From Octopus sinensis (taxonomy: Eukaryota): a stretch of 64,000 bases of DNA. The stretch is taken from assembly GCF_006345805.1 (NCBI RefSeq), contig NC_042998.1, forward strand, positions 12,462,001-12,526,000, read 5' to 3'. Shown here piece after piece: positions 43,101 through 56,646 of the stretch (within the stretch, counting starts at the first letter, position 1; every line of letters starts with the position of its first letter). The notes beneath the pieces were generated by a model. That model was not told where the DNA came from and made no database searches. It saw only the letters and a program-made list of their open reading frames with translations. The translations under genes and the position numbers were made by a program.

Positions 43101-44088
43101 AAAGAAGGTGAAAATGATGGCAATGAAAAAAGCGCACGAGCAATTGGCTGATAGGTGGGAGGAGAAACCTCTGCACGGCAAATATGTGACCCGCAGCAAA
43201 CAAGCTGATGTTGACCAGAAGCAAACCCATCAGTGGCTGCGGAGCTCAGGGCTAAAAGCAGAGAGCGAAGGTTTCATCCTGGCTGCTCAAGACCAAAGCC
43301 TATCAACCCGGAACTACCAGGCCAATGTGATGAAAAATGGAGCAGACCCAAAATGCCGATTCTGCAACGACATGATTGAAACAGTGGACCACCTAATCTC
43401 TGGATGTAAAGTCTTAGCACCAGTGGAGTATAAATTAAGACATGACAGAGTTGGCCAATATCTCCACTGGCTAATAAGTCGGCATTACAATATCAAAACT
43501 GCCGACAAGTGGTATAATCACCACCCTGAGGCTGTAACTGAAGGAGAAAATGTAACCATTCTGTGGGACTTTCCAGTACATACAGACCGAACCATCAAGG
43601 CCAATAAACCAGATATTGTGTTGTGAAAGACCAAAACAATAAAGTTTGCTTATTGATCGACATGAGCATCCCCTGTGATCATAATATCTCAGCGAAAGAG
43701 TTTGACAAGCTCAGAAAATATAAAGACCTACTCATTGAAATTGAGAAAATGTGGCATCTCAAGGCGGTTACAATACCAGTGATCGTAGGAGCACTAGGAA
43801 TGATCAAGAAGGGAACCGAAAATTATATGAGAATGATCCCTGGCTTACCATCCCTGCAAGAAGTGCAAAAGATTGTCTTAACTGGTACATCACACGTATT
43901 GAGAAGAGCATTGTCGATGTGAGAACTGTTGCTGCTCATGTATTTTAATTTAACTTAAAAAAAAAAAATGAACGAACTACTGAGTTTGGTTTAATGGCCT
44001 ACCAATATACACTATGAGTTTCTTTGCCCTAGGAGTCGGGAAGACACTCGGCAAGAAATGGAAGAAATTTGAAAGAAGAAAAAAAAAG
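40124..44088 (+). mobile_element. Near full-length R4/Dong-like non-LTR retrotransposon
   Basis: Colinear single-ORF architecture 40233-43922: RNKWTREE.., RT motifs (NYRPITCL, IDYKKAFDS, GIFQGDSLSPL, YMDDLKL), CRFCNDMIETVDHLISGC, KPDIV..LLIDMSIP..KLRKYKDL. (TAA)n at 44089-44106 and AATAATAA at the 5' side. Confidence 0.95.
40233..43922 (+). pseudogene. RT-RLE polyprotein with one in-frame stop and three frameshifts
   Basis: TAA at 40614-40616 is in frame with 40623. Shifts near 42191, 42586 and 43620. Confidence 0.88.
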
Positions 44089-45719
44089 TAATAATAATAA
44101 TAATAATTTCAACAGAATCACAAGGCCGGGTATCTGGGGAGAGGGGTTCACCTTGTGGTTGCACTGCTTTCATTTCAAGCTCACTATTATGTAATTTAAT
44201 TTTTATTTATTTGTTTATTTTGAGATGAATTCTCTAATTTTACCTTTGACGTTCCCTCCGATATTGTGACGAACTTCCTCAGTTTCCGTCACCTTTCTAT
44301 CACCAGAAGATTGCTTGGCGCAGTAGGAAGCCGTGGTATATGGTCACTACTTTCAAAAACCTACCATGCGAATACAATGAGTTGTTTCCCTAACACCGGT
44401 ACTGTGACACGCGGTTCACTGGAGACGTTGACCTGTTTCTCATTGGGCACCTTAAAACTTTTCGCCATCATTTTTATTTAGTTGTGATCTTTCTGTTCCT
44501 TCGAGTACAGTGACCTTCAAATGCCTCTGAACTGAATTACGCATCAGATATTGTTACACCGATATAGTTTTGTGCTTTCGGTCGATACTAGAACTTTGAA
44601 TTCAGTTTCATTCCTTTTGAGCACATATCCATGTAATCCACCACTGCATTTAGTACCGACTGACATTCCGAAAGAAGTGTAACTAAAACTCAGAGGTACA
44701 TTGGGTTATAGTCGCACCATTAAGGATGACTTCGATGAAAGGAAAGTTATTTTCATTTCACAAATGGGTTTTCCTTTCAGATGCACTATTGAGCATATTT
44801 GAATAACTCCAATTTTCGGAGACAGAGATAAAAATATTTTTAATTGCTTTGTTCTGTATATAGTCACCATACTGTAACATAACGAACAACAGTAATACGT
44901 TAAAACGATCTTATGTTAAATCAATTTCGTTGGGGAATAGCCACCAACTGATATTCGTTATATTACTGCGGCATTTTCCCTGTAATACAACAGAAAATGC
45001 TATAGAATGATAAATTTACCGAGACTTTGCTCTATAGCCATTCACACAGCATAGGAAATGTTTCGTCGTATTATTTCACGCAATTAAATTAGAATCCTCA
45101 CATAGATCTCTCAAAATGTTTGCATACGTCGCTTCTTTAATACATCAAATAAATTATGTCTATTATGTCAGTACACACAAAATAACCTTTCTTTATTCAA
45201 TATAGTCTACAACATTGGATGGTAATTTATTTAGTGAAAAATGTTTTACTCTTCTACATTCTTTAAAGCAAGTAGGAGTTGTGAAAGGTGTTATTTTATG
45301 GTACTAGTGAATATCTGTGTTATGTGTGTATATTATGTTCATCGAAATTCTAGGTGTTAGATACACCTTCTAGCTTCTTAAACATCTCATATATTTAGGA
45401 TAGTTACTGCGACAAAAACCTATTTGTGAAATTATACGCAGTGAAATCTCATGTGTTTGAAAATAAATCATATAGGATGCTTGCAATATAATTTTTTTTA
45501 TGGTTTTTCTTTTCAATAATTCACTATTCTGGTGTTTCGTGTTGCGATGATAACTTTAAGGACAAATGGAAATTTAGAAATGTTAGTTGCCGTTAGTGAC
45601 ACAGTATTACAATTAATGTGTTAGTGTATCTCAGGCAACTTGGTTGAATATTAGTATGACAAGATATAACACCCAGCAACAACGCTCACTTCGGGGTACG
45701 CGCATTATGTAGCGTAAGC

Positions 45720-45728
45720 TATTTATCC

Positions 45729-45800
<72 letters not shown>

Positions 45801-45822
45801 GTCTGTCAGTCTGTCTGTCTCT

Positions 45823-45854
<32 letters not shown>

Positions 45855-45879
45855 TTGGCTGGCTGGCTATCAAACATCC

Positions 45880-45963
<84 letters not shown>

Positions 45964-46075
45964 TTCTGTCTGTATGTCTGTTTATCTGTCTGTCTGCTGT
46001 CTGTCTGCTGTCTGGCTGGCTGGTTGGCTGGCTGTTAGCTATCAACAATCCATCCATCAATCAATCAATCAATCA

Positions 46076-46158
<83 letters not shown>

Positions 46159-46160
46159 CA
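45720..46160. repeat. Compound tetranucleotide array (TATC)n/(TGTC)n/(TGGC)n/(TCAA)n
   Basis: Directly visible. Confidence 0.95.
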
Positions 46161-46269
46161 TTTATCTACTTTTCTTCCTACTTCTATATCCACAATCTTT
46201 AAAAAATTTAAACTCACGAACCATTTTTCATCTTCCTTTTATTGTATTTTATCATGTTTAATTTAATTT

Positions 46270-46937
46270 ATTCTAGCATTGTTGTAACTTTCAATGCCAA
46301 AATTTGGCATAATTTCTTCCAGGATCTTCCAGATGTATATTACTTCATATCTCTCCCGTCTTCGCTCCAGGAAGTAGTGGCTTAGTTGTTTCACCATTTC
46401 CCAGTAGCTGAGCTGTTGCAATGAGAGGATCCTCTTTGTGAAGCTTCATTGGATTACCTCAAGGTCCGCTGTAAGCAGTAAGCCAAGTGGCTGAGGACGA
46501 ATGTCCTCCAGGGGACCATCATGGCTTTCTTTTCTCTGGTTCTGAACGTTCTCAGGATCCAGCCATCCATTCATCTGCTCTTTGTTGCCATCTTGGTAAT
46601 GTGCAATTAGGAAGAGGTATTATCACTGATGTCGAGATCCAGGTTGCTCAATGATTTAGGCTCTTGGATCTTAATCCTCTGTGGACCAGTGTAACCTGTG
46701 AGTTTTATATTCAGTTTTGGACGCTGGTAGCGCAGGACCTGGAAAATTTTCATATTATTATCTTCAGCCCATCTGTAAATTGTGTCCCACTCCTGCTGCA
46801 GGTGTGCAACTTCGCTGGGATTCTGTATTTTCTGTGAGACTTTCTTATCGTCTGTGTAGCTAGCAAGGGTGGCTATCCGGTCAGTTGAGGTCATATCTGA
46901 GAGGGTCACTATGAAAAGCAGTGGTCCCAAGAGAGTG

Positions 46938-46940
<3 letters not shown>
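46270..46940 (-). mobile_element. CR1-group LINE fragment (end of RT and downstream region)
   Basis: GPLLFIVTLSDM..LASYTDDKKV.., then by manual translation SFTKRILSLQQLSYWEMVKQL..LERRRERYEVIYIWKILE. Confidence 0.82.
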
Positions 46941-47003
<63 letters not shown>

Positions 47004-47071
47004 GTGCGTGTGTCTGTATGTGTGTTTGCGTCTGTGTGTGTATATGTATAGATAATATATTGATTGATTGA

Positions 47072-47120
47072 ATCTAATTTCAGCTCATGAGCTGTGGCCA
47101 TGCTGGGGCACCACCATTTG
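47072..47120 (-). mobile_element. Isolated 3' tail of the CR1-group LINE
   Basis: Nearly identical to 53151-53200 (GGTGCCCCAGCATGGCCACAGCTC..GAGCTGAAA). Confidence 0.7.
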
Positions 47121-47133
47121 TATGTATTATATG

Positions 47134-47203
<70 letters not shown>

Positions 47204-47205
<2 letters not shown>

Positions 47206-47387
47206 TTTCCTTCTTTTACTCTTTTACTTGTTTCAGTAATTTGAATGTGGCCATGATGGAGCACCGTCTTTAGTCGAGTAAATCGACCCCAGGACTTATT
47301 CTTTGTAAGCCTAGTACTTATTCTATCGTTACGGGGACATAAACACACCAGCATCGGTTGTCAAGCGATGTTGGGGGACAAACACTG

Positions 47388-47395
<8 letters not shown>
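47204..47395 (-). mobile_element. SINE family B, 3' half
   Basis: Matches the 3' half of 50307-50782. Confidence 0.82.
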
Positions 47396-47431
<36 letters not shown>

Positions 47432-47433
47432 TA

Positions 47434-47477
<44 letters not shown>

Positions 47478-48435
47478 AAATGTATATACACGTGCATGAG
47501 TTGTAATAGCCTGCAAAGAAATTTAGTGAATATAAAATAGCAACAAAATAGTGTTGGTTTTGTATAATGATGAACATAGTTTTCTGCGAAATTTTGTGTT
47601 CAAGTGAGATGTTCGTTTTTAAAGAGACGAAGAAATAAACAATTTCCTGATGACGTTATCCTATAATAATATATATTATATGGAACTGATCCTGTTTTCA
47701 CTGAATAATATCACGGAGGACGCCATCCAGCAAAGAAATTTCTACGTTATGGGATAAGCATGTAACTAGAAAATAGTGGCAGCGTTTCTTCAAAACGTAA
47801 CATGCTGTCACAATGCATAAGTCTGCACTGAGGGATAAGCACGTCCAGAATGCCATTGTTTGTAGAACTGCATAATGTTAAAAGATAAGGTTTATGAGAG
47901 ACAATCCAACTGAGATTAGCCATATCACGAACCGCATTATCGAACAAATAGCCAAGACCGGCAGATTGATACCGAATCATCTCTGACAACTGTAGATTTT
48001 GAGACCTGAAGAATAGCTAACATCAGGGACATTTATCGAGGTATTTTAGAATATCGGATTTTAAAGTTTCTTTCAATATCATTTGAAATTACATACGACA
48101 TGAACATAAAATATTCTTTCCAGAAATTTGAGTGTGAATCGTTAATACATTCATATATACACAAGTGAACACACGAATACACACACACACATACATACAT
48201 ATATACATACTTATATATGTATGTATCTCTCGCCGTACACAGACACACATGCATACATGCATACATCAGGCACTGCAAACGGATGGATCATGAAATTTAG
48301 TTTGTTATGAATTATCTTCAATATATTTTGAAAGAAAATTCCAAAAACATTTGCATGCAAGAAAAATTTCGTCGCATTTTGAATCATATTCACGTGAATA
48401 CACACATATTCGTGTACATGTATTCACACTCACAC

Positions 48436-48475
<40 letters not shown>

Positions 48476-48889
48476 ACAGACACACACACATGTATATATA
48501 TGCATGCGTGGATGTCATTGTGTATTGTCAATTCATGTGGAAATTGCGAAAACTCCAATAACTCTCGCAGCTATTACATGTATCGTTGTGTGAAAATAAA
48601 TGAATAGTTGAATGTAGGTATTATTGAATGAATTATAGAAAACGACAAATTGTATATATATATTTTTTTGAACGCTTCTTATAAATATATTGAAATGGAA
48701 AGTATTTACTAAGTTAAAAACGAATTTAAACAATTCATAATAGGAAACGAGATAAAAAGAATTTGTTTTCTCCTGGGATTGGCAGCTAGATATTGATGTT
48801 TGGATTCCGTATTGTTGTTTAATTTTGTTATATATTTAGAAGAATAGGGAAATTGTTCATATGTGATGCCTACAGGTTGGGTCTGTCTT

Positions 48890-48894
48890 ACAAA

Positions 48895-48960
<66 letters not shown>

Positions 48961-49064
48961 ATATATATATATATTATATATATTATATATATACATACAT
49001 ATATATATATATATATAATACATACATATATATATTATATATATATATAGATATATATATATAT

Positions 49065-49116
<52 letters not shown>

Positions 49117-49410
49117 ACACATATATATTTATGTATATATATATATAATATGAATATATACATAGCAAAATATAGAAATATATATGTGTGTGTGTGTAGG
49201 TGTCTATATATATATATATTATATATATATATATATATACACATATATATTTATGTATATATATATATATATACATATATACATATACATATATATATAT
49301 TGTATATATGTATATATATGTATATAATACATGTAAATATATATATTTGTGTGTGTATACATATATATACACACACATGCACACACACACGCGCACACAC
49401 ACACAAATAT
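48890..49410. repeat. Long imperfect (TA)n/(CA)n block
   Basis: Directly visible. Confidence 0.9.
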
Positions 49411-50306
49411 TCATTCATGTGTCCACAAACACACATACGTATAAGCAAAACCAAGAATGAATTATACAAAATGTGAAAAATTGAAAAAGGCCGTAGGATG
49501 TCGTTTTTTTTTTTCTTTTTTCTTTTTTTCTAATTTAAAGATATTTTGATATATCGGTGCATTGATCTGCCTCATAATAGAAATTTAAATAATCATAAAA
49601 ATGTCAGATCAGATCAGCATTGCAAATAACTCAATAAATATATTGCTAAAGGCATGAAATAAATTACAAATAACGCATAATAATAATTACCAAACAATAA
49701 ATATATATCTTTGAGTAAACGAAATTAAAAACATTAGTAAAGCATATACATTGTCAGTTTATTACTATTGGCCTTTGACTAATATATAACTTATCGATGT
49801 GTGATATTGAAGGTAGGAATGTAAACCAAACCCCGGATTCCTTCGTTGACAGATTTGTCAATATGAATGCGTTCACTATATATGTATAGATTTATTAAAC
49901 ATTATTCTAGGAACCTCGCCATAATACGTTCGTCTGTATGTGTGTATACACACATACAGACATGAATTTGTTTGCATGTGTGTATGTATATGCATGTATA
50001 TTTAATTTATGTATATGACAAACAGTTAAGTCCAATTTCAGTCGTTTATTTATTGAATATATTTACAGATGGGATTTAAAGAAAAATAAAGATGACCTGA
50101 ATCGCCCTGGATTTCGGGTCACATGTAAGTCATATAACAGTTGAGAGCATTGCTTTACACCAACATCGGTTCTAAAAAACTAACACTTTGACAATCATTT
50201 ATGAACATTTTACTACATTCATTTCCCGTATTTACGTCCCCTTGTATCACATGAATATCGTGAGTAGTTTTGCAGAAATGGAGAACCAACAAGATCTAAT
50301 CAAGCA

Positions 50307-50557
50307 TTACTCTCTTTACTCTTTTACTCTTCTACTTGTTTCAGTCATTTGACTGTGGCCATGCTGGAGCACCACCTTTAGTCGAGCACATCGACCCCAG
50401 GACTTATTCTGTGTAAGCCTAGTACTTATTCTATCGGTTTCTTTTGCCAAACCGCTAAGTTACGGGAACGTATACACACCAGCATCAAGTCAAGTGATTT
50501 TAGAGGGACAAACACACACCGCATACATAGATACATGCATACATACATATATATATA

Positions 50558-50610
<53 letters not shown>

Positions 50611-50782
50611 CATATATACGACGGGCTTCTTTCAGTTTCCGTCTACCAAATCCACTCACAAGGCTTCGGTTGGACCGAGGCTATAGTAGAAGACACTTGC
50701 CCAAGTTGCCACGCAGTGGGACTGAGCCCGGAACCATGTGGTTCGTAAGCAAGTTACTTACCACACAGCCACTCCTACGTCT
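50307..50782 (-). mobile_element. SINE family B, full length (tRNA-like head, CORE-like CCTTGGGCAAGTGTCTT segment, internal (TA)n, LINE-like tail)
   Basis: Several homologous copies in the window; tail ends in (GAGTAAA)-like repeats. The CORE assignment is from memory and unverified. Confidence 0.9.
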
Positions 50783-50996
50783 AGGAGTTCTATGCTCATG
50801 ATTGAAGCTCTCTGCAAAGTATGAATAGCAAATAACTGTTACAAAATCTTATTATTTGCATATGTTTAACTGAATGTTTTGTTGTGTTGCGTGTGTTAAT
50901 GTTGTTTAGTTTCAGAGACGGGTACGTTTACAATCAATATATTCACATTCTCATATACGAAGAGAACATTACTTCCGATTGTTGTATATCACTAGG

Positions 50997-51500
50997 GTGG
51001 AGGCGCGGGGCTTAGTGGTTAGGGTGCCAGCATCATGATCGTAAGATTGTGGTTTCGATTCCTAGACCGGGCGACGCTTTGTGTTCTTGAGCAAAACACT
51101 TCATTTCACGTTGATATAGCCCACTTAGCTGTCAAAAATGAGTAACGTTGCGATGGACTGGCGTCCCGTCCAGCTGGGGAACACATACGCCATTGAAACC
51201 GGGAAACCGGGCCCAAGAGCCTGGCTAGGCTACAAAAGGGGGTACTTATTTTGTGAAGGCGCGTGGCTTAGTGGTTAGGGTGTCAACATCACGATCGTAA
51301 GATTGTGGTTTCGATTCCTGGACAGGGTGTCGCGTTGTGTTCTTGAGCAAAACACTTCATTTCACGTTGCTCCAGTTCATTCAGCTGGCAAAAATGAGTA
51401 ACGCTGCGATGGACTGGCGTCCCGTCCAGCTGGGGAACACATACGCCATTGAAACCGGGAAACCGGGCCCATGAGCCTGGCTAGGCTTTAAAAGGGCGTA
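50997..51500 (+). mobile_element. SINE family D, head-to-tail dimer (50997-51245, 51253-51500)
   Basis: A-box GGCTTAGTGG, B-box GGTTTCGATTCC, TTCTTGAGCAAAACACTT (CORE-like) and GCGATGGACTGGCGTCCCGTCCAG (V-domain-like, from memory) each occur twice. Confidence 0.88.
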
Positions 51501-52705
51501 TTTATTTTATTTATTTTATATGACTAGGACTTATGTTATCAATCCTATGCGGTAGAAGTATGAAGCATCATCCGTGACTATTGATATGAGACCATGCTCA
51601 TCGTAAAGTTCCCTAATTTTGACGGTTGACACTGGCAATACCTTCCTTTATTTATTTTAATAGAGAACTAATGAAAATGAAAAACCTGTATATGAACAGG
51701 TGATACTACTTTATACAAACTCATTTGCGCACACACTCACATACAGAACCTTTCAACCTCTTTCTCTCTCTCTCGCCAGCACACCAACACACATACAGAG
51801 ACGCAAGCGCGCGCACACACACACACACACACACGCAAGTGCAAATCCACAAACATACGCGTACACATTTATGCACATATATACTAAAGCATACGCGCAC
51901 ACATACGCGCACACATATGTACACACATACACGCACACATACGCGCACACTTTTCCATTAAATACTCGACGACATTCAAGTTTCCTCTATTATAGATTTT
52001 CGGAATTTATACATTTTTTTTTACAATTAATCTGGAACAATAAATTTCCTAGTTTCACATTCCAAGTTTCTATTACTTCACAGAACCATTTCCATTTCCG
52101 TTTGGCGTTTGTGTTGTTTCTTATAAACTGGCTGAATTCTTACAGTCTTTCTTGTCAAAGGGTCCTGACCGCTCACCTCCAGTGTCAGCAGTCACGTCTT
52201 GATCTGTCTGTTGTTGTCAAATGTTAGATTGTTAAGTTTTTATGTCAGTTGCTACGTGTTAAAACACTATTCTAAGGAGAGATTTTACCACTGACATTTT
52301 ATACTTGTGGGGCATTCACTGTCGACATGTTGGTGTATGTATCTGTTGGATTCTTAGGCGTAAAACGACGTGACGTATGTTTTTTTTTTTTGTCTGTAAG
52401 TTTATATTCTAAAAATATGGTCTCATATCACTACTGACGTAGGAGATTAAAGGTCGGAAAATTTTGTCGGAACGTCTGCATGAATTCAAACTGTATAATA
52501 AGAAAATACTTAGATGTCATGTATAGTCATGCCTTGAAAACGAGACCGGGAACGGATGGAATGATTGAATATAAATTTACGGTATTCATTGTTCCAAACT
52601 CACCGTAAACATCAATATGTTGCCTTTTCCCTTTCGTTAATTGCATGAATATTAGAATTATAGATATATCTATAGCCAGGATTAGCATTACGGTATTTAT
52701 TTATT

Positions 52706-53128
52706 AAGGAGGAGAGCTGGCAGAAACGTTAGCACGCCGGATGAAACGCTTAGCGGTATTTCGCCCGTCGTTACGTTGTGAGTTCAAATTCCGCCGAGGT
52801 TGACTTTGCCTTTCATCCTTTCAGGGTCGATTAATTAAGTACCAGTTACGCACTGGAGTCGATGTAATCACTTAATACCTATGTCTGTCCTTGTTTGTCC
52901 CCTCTATGTTTAGCCCCTTGTGGGTAATAAAGAAATAGAAATAGGTATTTCGCTTGTCGTTATGTTGTGAGTTCAAATTCCGCCGAGGTTGACTTTGCCT
53001 TTCATCCTTTCGGGGTCGATAGATTAAGTACCAGTTACGCACTGGGGGTCGATGTAATCGACTTAATACTTATGTCTGTCCTTGTTTGTCCCTTCTATGT
53101 TTAGCCCCTTGTGGGTAATAAAGAAATA
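52706..53128 (+). mobile_element. SINE family A: head plus two bodies with a 14-bp target-site duplication
   Basis: GGTATTTATTTATT at 52692-52705 and 53129-53142. Confidence 0.9.
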
Positions 53129-53149
53129 GGTATTTATTTATTTATTTAT

Positions 53150-53470
53150 TTTATCTAGTTTCAGCTCACGAGCTGTGGCCATGCTGGGGCACCGCCATTT
53201 CGTGTTGCTACTTGATTTTACTTCACGAATGCTTTTTAACAATTGCCATTTTGTGCATGAGAGAGTTCGATGCAGCTGCCCTCATCTGCACCTCCTGCCG
53301 TGAAGTTGGTTCATCCGGGACACATGACAGGAAGAGATTCAGTTTTAATTTAAAGACATCTGCATCCACCCCATGCAGGTCTCTCAGGTTCTTCGGGAGG
53401 ATATTGAAGAGCTTTGGACCTCTGAAGCCCAGGCTATCACAGTATCTTGTCCTACATCTTGATGGCACTA
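53150..53470 (-). mobile_element. CR1-group LINE 3' end (ORF C-terminus, short UTR, tail)
   Basis: YCDSLGFRGPKLFNILPKNLRDLHGVDADVFKLKLNLFLSCVPDEPT..AAASNSL, then a short UTR with a stem-loop and a TAAA-type tail. Confidence 0.78.
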
Positions 53471-53562
53471 TTGCCGAGAGTTATGTTAGAAAACATTCTC
53501 GTCATAATAAATCCGGATGAGATAGGTGGCTAGTAATGCTTTACGTCAAGCTCTATCAAGTA

Positions 53563-53563
53563 A

Positions 53564-53657
<94 letters not shown>

Positions 53658-53672
53658 GTTGTTGTTGTTGTC
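53563..53672. repeat. (TTA)n then (TTG)n array
   Basis: Directly visible. Confidence 0.95.
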
Positions 53673-54308
53673 TAAACACTGTGTTACCTCCTCAGAGGTA
53701 CACGTCCAGAGATTCAGGCTCATGCGTTCCGTAAAGTTAGACATTACCCGGTGTAAAATATTTTTATAAAAACTGCCGAAATCTGGCATCTGAGATCGAG
53801 GAGCAGGCGAAGGATAAGAAGTTGTAAGTTCTACTACTGCTCCTATATCCAGTCTTGTTTGAAGAATGGTATCGAACCATGAGATAGGCTTGTATGTGGA
53901 ATACAAGCCCTGTAATAATAATAAAATTACAGACAATCTTTATGGTATTCTAAGGTTTATAAAACATTAACGTATCAGTTAATCAGTTGACAAGATTACA
54001 TTAGAGTTTGGTGAAATTATATAAATGTCTCGTTGCATCATTAGTATTTTTGGCAATGAATGCTATTACGTGGCTTTTATTCCATATTCCGCACGCTAGC
54101 CTTCCCCATAGTTTGACAACACCCATCTAACTTCACAGGATTCAAGAGTGAGAAGTGGAACTTATAACTGAAACCTAACATTTGTTTACGTACCGCCTTT
54201 AACAGCCTATAATCTCTCACCACATCTCTCTTTCTATATGAGAGGGAGAAATGTATACTATGTATGTATGTGCGTATATGCATGAGTGTGTGTTTATACA
54301 TTTACATT

Positions 54309-54348
<40 letters not shown>

Positions 54349-54350
<2 letters not shown>

Positions 54351-54739
54351 CGTAGGAGTGGCTGTGTGGTAAGTAGCTTGCTTACGAACTACATGGCTCC
54401 TAGTTCAGTCACACTGCGTGGCACCTTGGGCAAGTGTCTTCTACTTTAGCCTCGGACAGACCAAAGCCTTGTGAGTGGATTTAGTAGACGGAAACTGAGA
54501 AAAGCCCGTCGTATATATATGTTTATATATATGTATGTGAGTGTATATGTTTGTGTGTCTGTGCTTGTGCCCCCTCAGCATCGCTTGACAACCAATGCTG
54601 GTGTGTTTACATCCCCGTAACTTAGCGGCTCGACAAAAGGGACCGATAGAATAAGTACTAGGCTTACAAAGAATAAGTCCTGGGGTTGATTTGCTCGACT
54701 AAAGGCTCTGTGTCACGCTGAAACAAGTAAAAGAGTAAA
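54349..54739 (+). mobile_element. SINE family B with internal deletion near the tail
   Basis: GGCGTAGGAGTGGCTGTGTGGTAAG head, ending GAAACAAGTAAAAGAGTAAA. Confidence 0.88.
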
Positions 54740-54751
54740 TATATATATATA

Positions 54752-54958
54752 TATTTCTTCATTGCCCACAAGGAGCTAACCATAGAGGGGACAAACAAGG
54801 GCAGACAAAGGGATTAAGTTAATTACATCGACTCCAGTGCGTAACTGGTACTTAATTTATCGACTCCGTTGGTGGAATTTAAACTCACAACGTAACGGCA
54901 GACGAAATATGGGTACGCATTTCGCCTGCGTGCTAACGTTTCTGTCAGCTCGCCGCCT

Positions 54959-54960
<2 letters not shown>
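54752..54960 (-). mobile_element. SINE family A with internal deletion
   Basis: Reverse complement of the A head (..GCTCGCCGCCTTA) and tail. Confidence 0.82.
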
Positions 54961-55001
<41 letters not shown>

Positions 55002-55680
55002 CACATAGATATATACAAGTATATATGTGTGTATGTGTGTGTGTGAATGTGCGTCTGTATGTGTATTTATATATATATATCATATATATATGTATATATA
55101 TATATACACACCCACATATATATATACATATATAGACACACACATATATATATACTCGAATTTTAATAGTAGTAACCTCAGTATTTGTCATGACAATTAC
55201 TCTATGTATTTCCTTACCAGAGTAATATGATCTTAAACATATCATGTACAACAAATTGTTTAATGTGATAAAAAATTGTGAGCTGATCATATTAGTGTAT
55301 GATTCATTACAACTCTTCATTGATTTGAAAATTGTTCGTGTTAATTAGGAAAATTATTGATAATTTAGATGACTCTGTAATAATGAAGGCTATAGCCAGG
55401 AAATAAATCATTTTTATTGCTTATTTAAAAGTAATCTTCAAATTAGACAGAAAAATAAATAAATCATTCTAAAAACAAAGCAATCAAAATCGTACATGGT
55501 AGCTTGTAAAAAAAAAAAAAACAGTTGGAGATTCTGCACAGCGTTGTACGGAAGCAGCGCCGCTTCATCCCATTTTGCGTTTCAATATTTTGATCAGGGT
55601 GCAACCCAGCAACGTTACTAAACTCAAGAAATGTAAAAAAAGTATTTCATCTTTATGAATTCCGTAACCTAAGAAATAGT

Positions 55681-55732
<52 letters not shown>

Positions 55733-55899
55733 ATTTGTCTGTCTCTACTTTTTTCTCCCTGTCTGTCTACACTCTCCTGTCTGTCTACACCTCTGCCTGT
55801 CAGTCTATCAGTCCGTCTACGTCTCTCACTTTCCTTCACTCCCTCCTTTCTCTGCATATATATATATATATTTTTTTTTTTTTTTCATATATATATTTA

Positions 55900-56045
55900 C
55901 TTCAAAATGTAACCGCGTGTGTACCGTTGGCGATTTTTTCCTCCGTCTTCCCTTTTTTGGATCTTTCCTTTTCCTATGTTTCTGACGAAGAGCTCCACTC
56001 GAAACGTTAAACCCTCCTTCTTTCCTTAGCGTCCAATAATATTTA
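55900..56045 (+). mobile_element. Hammerhead-bearing repeat cassette (probable Penelope-like pseudo-LTR remnant), copy 1
   Basis: Homologous to 57190-57395 in the opposite orientation; flanked by (TA)n. The PLE origin is inference. Confidence 0.6.
55978..56012 (+). ncRNA. Minimal type-I hammerhead ribozyme motif, C3:G8 core
   Basis: GUUU-CUGACGA-A-GAG(CUCCA)CUC-GAA-ACGU-U-AAAC. Confidence 0.72.
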
Positions 56046-56051
56046 CGTCTA

Positions 56052-56084
<33 letters not shown>

Positions 56085-56598
56085 AATAGGCCGCTGGTGG
56101 CAAAAAGAATTCTACAAAATTTTTTCTGCCACCCTATATTGATTAATTATGAATTTTCTGGTTAATTCCGTAATGGAATCGACGGCTAATATTTATTTGC
56201 TGCCGATAAATTTGGCGCGAGTGCGACGATTTGAAAATTTTAGGTCAGATATTACCTTGGCAGGGTGTGAAATGCCTCGTGAAAATATCTGTTCCGACTT
56301 GGCTATTTCTTGCTGAAGAATCTGAGGGCCTATGGAAGATTGGCTTGATTTAATTTAATCAGGTTAGTTTACCATTAAACAGCAGATGAAACGGTGCATC
56401 GTACAAGAAATTACAGGGTAAATGTTTTTTAAATTTTCTCCTGTTTACGGAATTGATCTTTATTTGCGGTTGAAGCTTTGGCTGTTATTTCTAGTGGGTG
56501 AATGGCCTATCATGGCCGTTCCTTGATTGTTGATATATATATATATATATTATATATAATATATATATATATATATATATCTATATATATATATATAC

Positions 56599-56646
<48 letters not shown>

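Noticed and set aside
53673-53915. Block between (TTG/TTA)n and (TAA)n with a 9-bp hairpin GGCTTGTAT/ATACAAGCC
   Set aside because: No recognisable ORF or second copy; cannot be classified from sequence alone.
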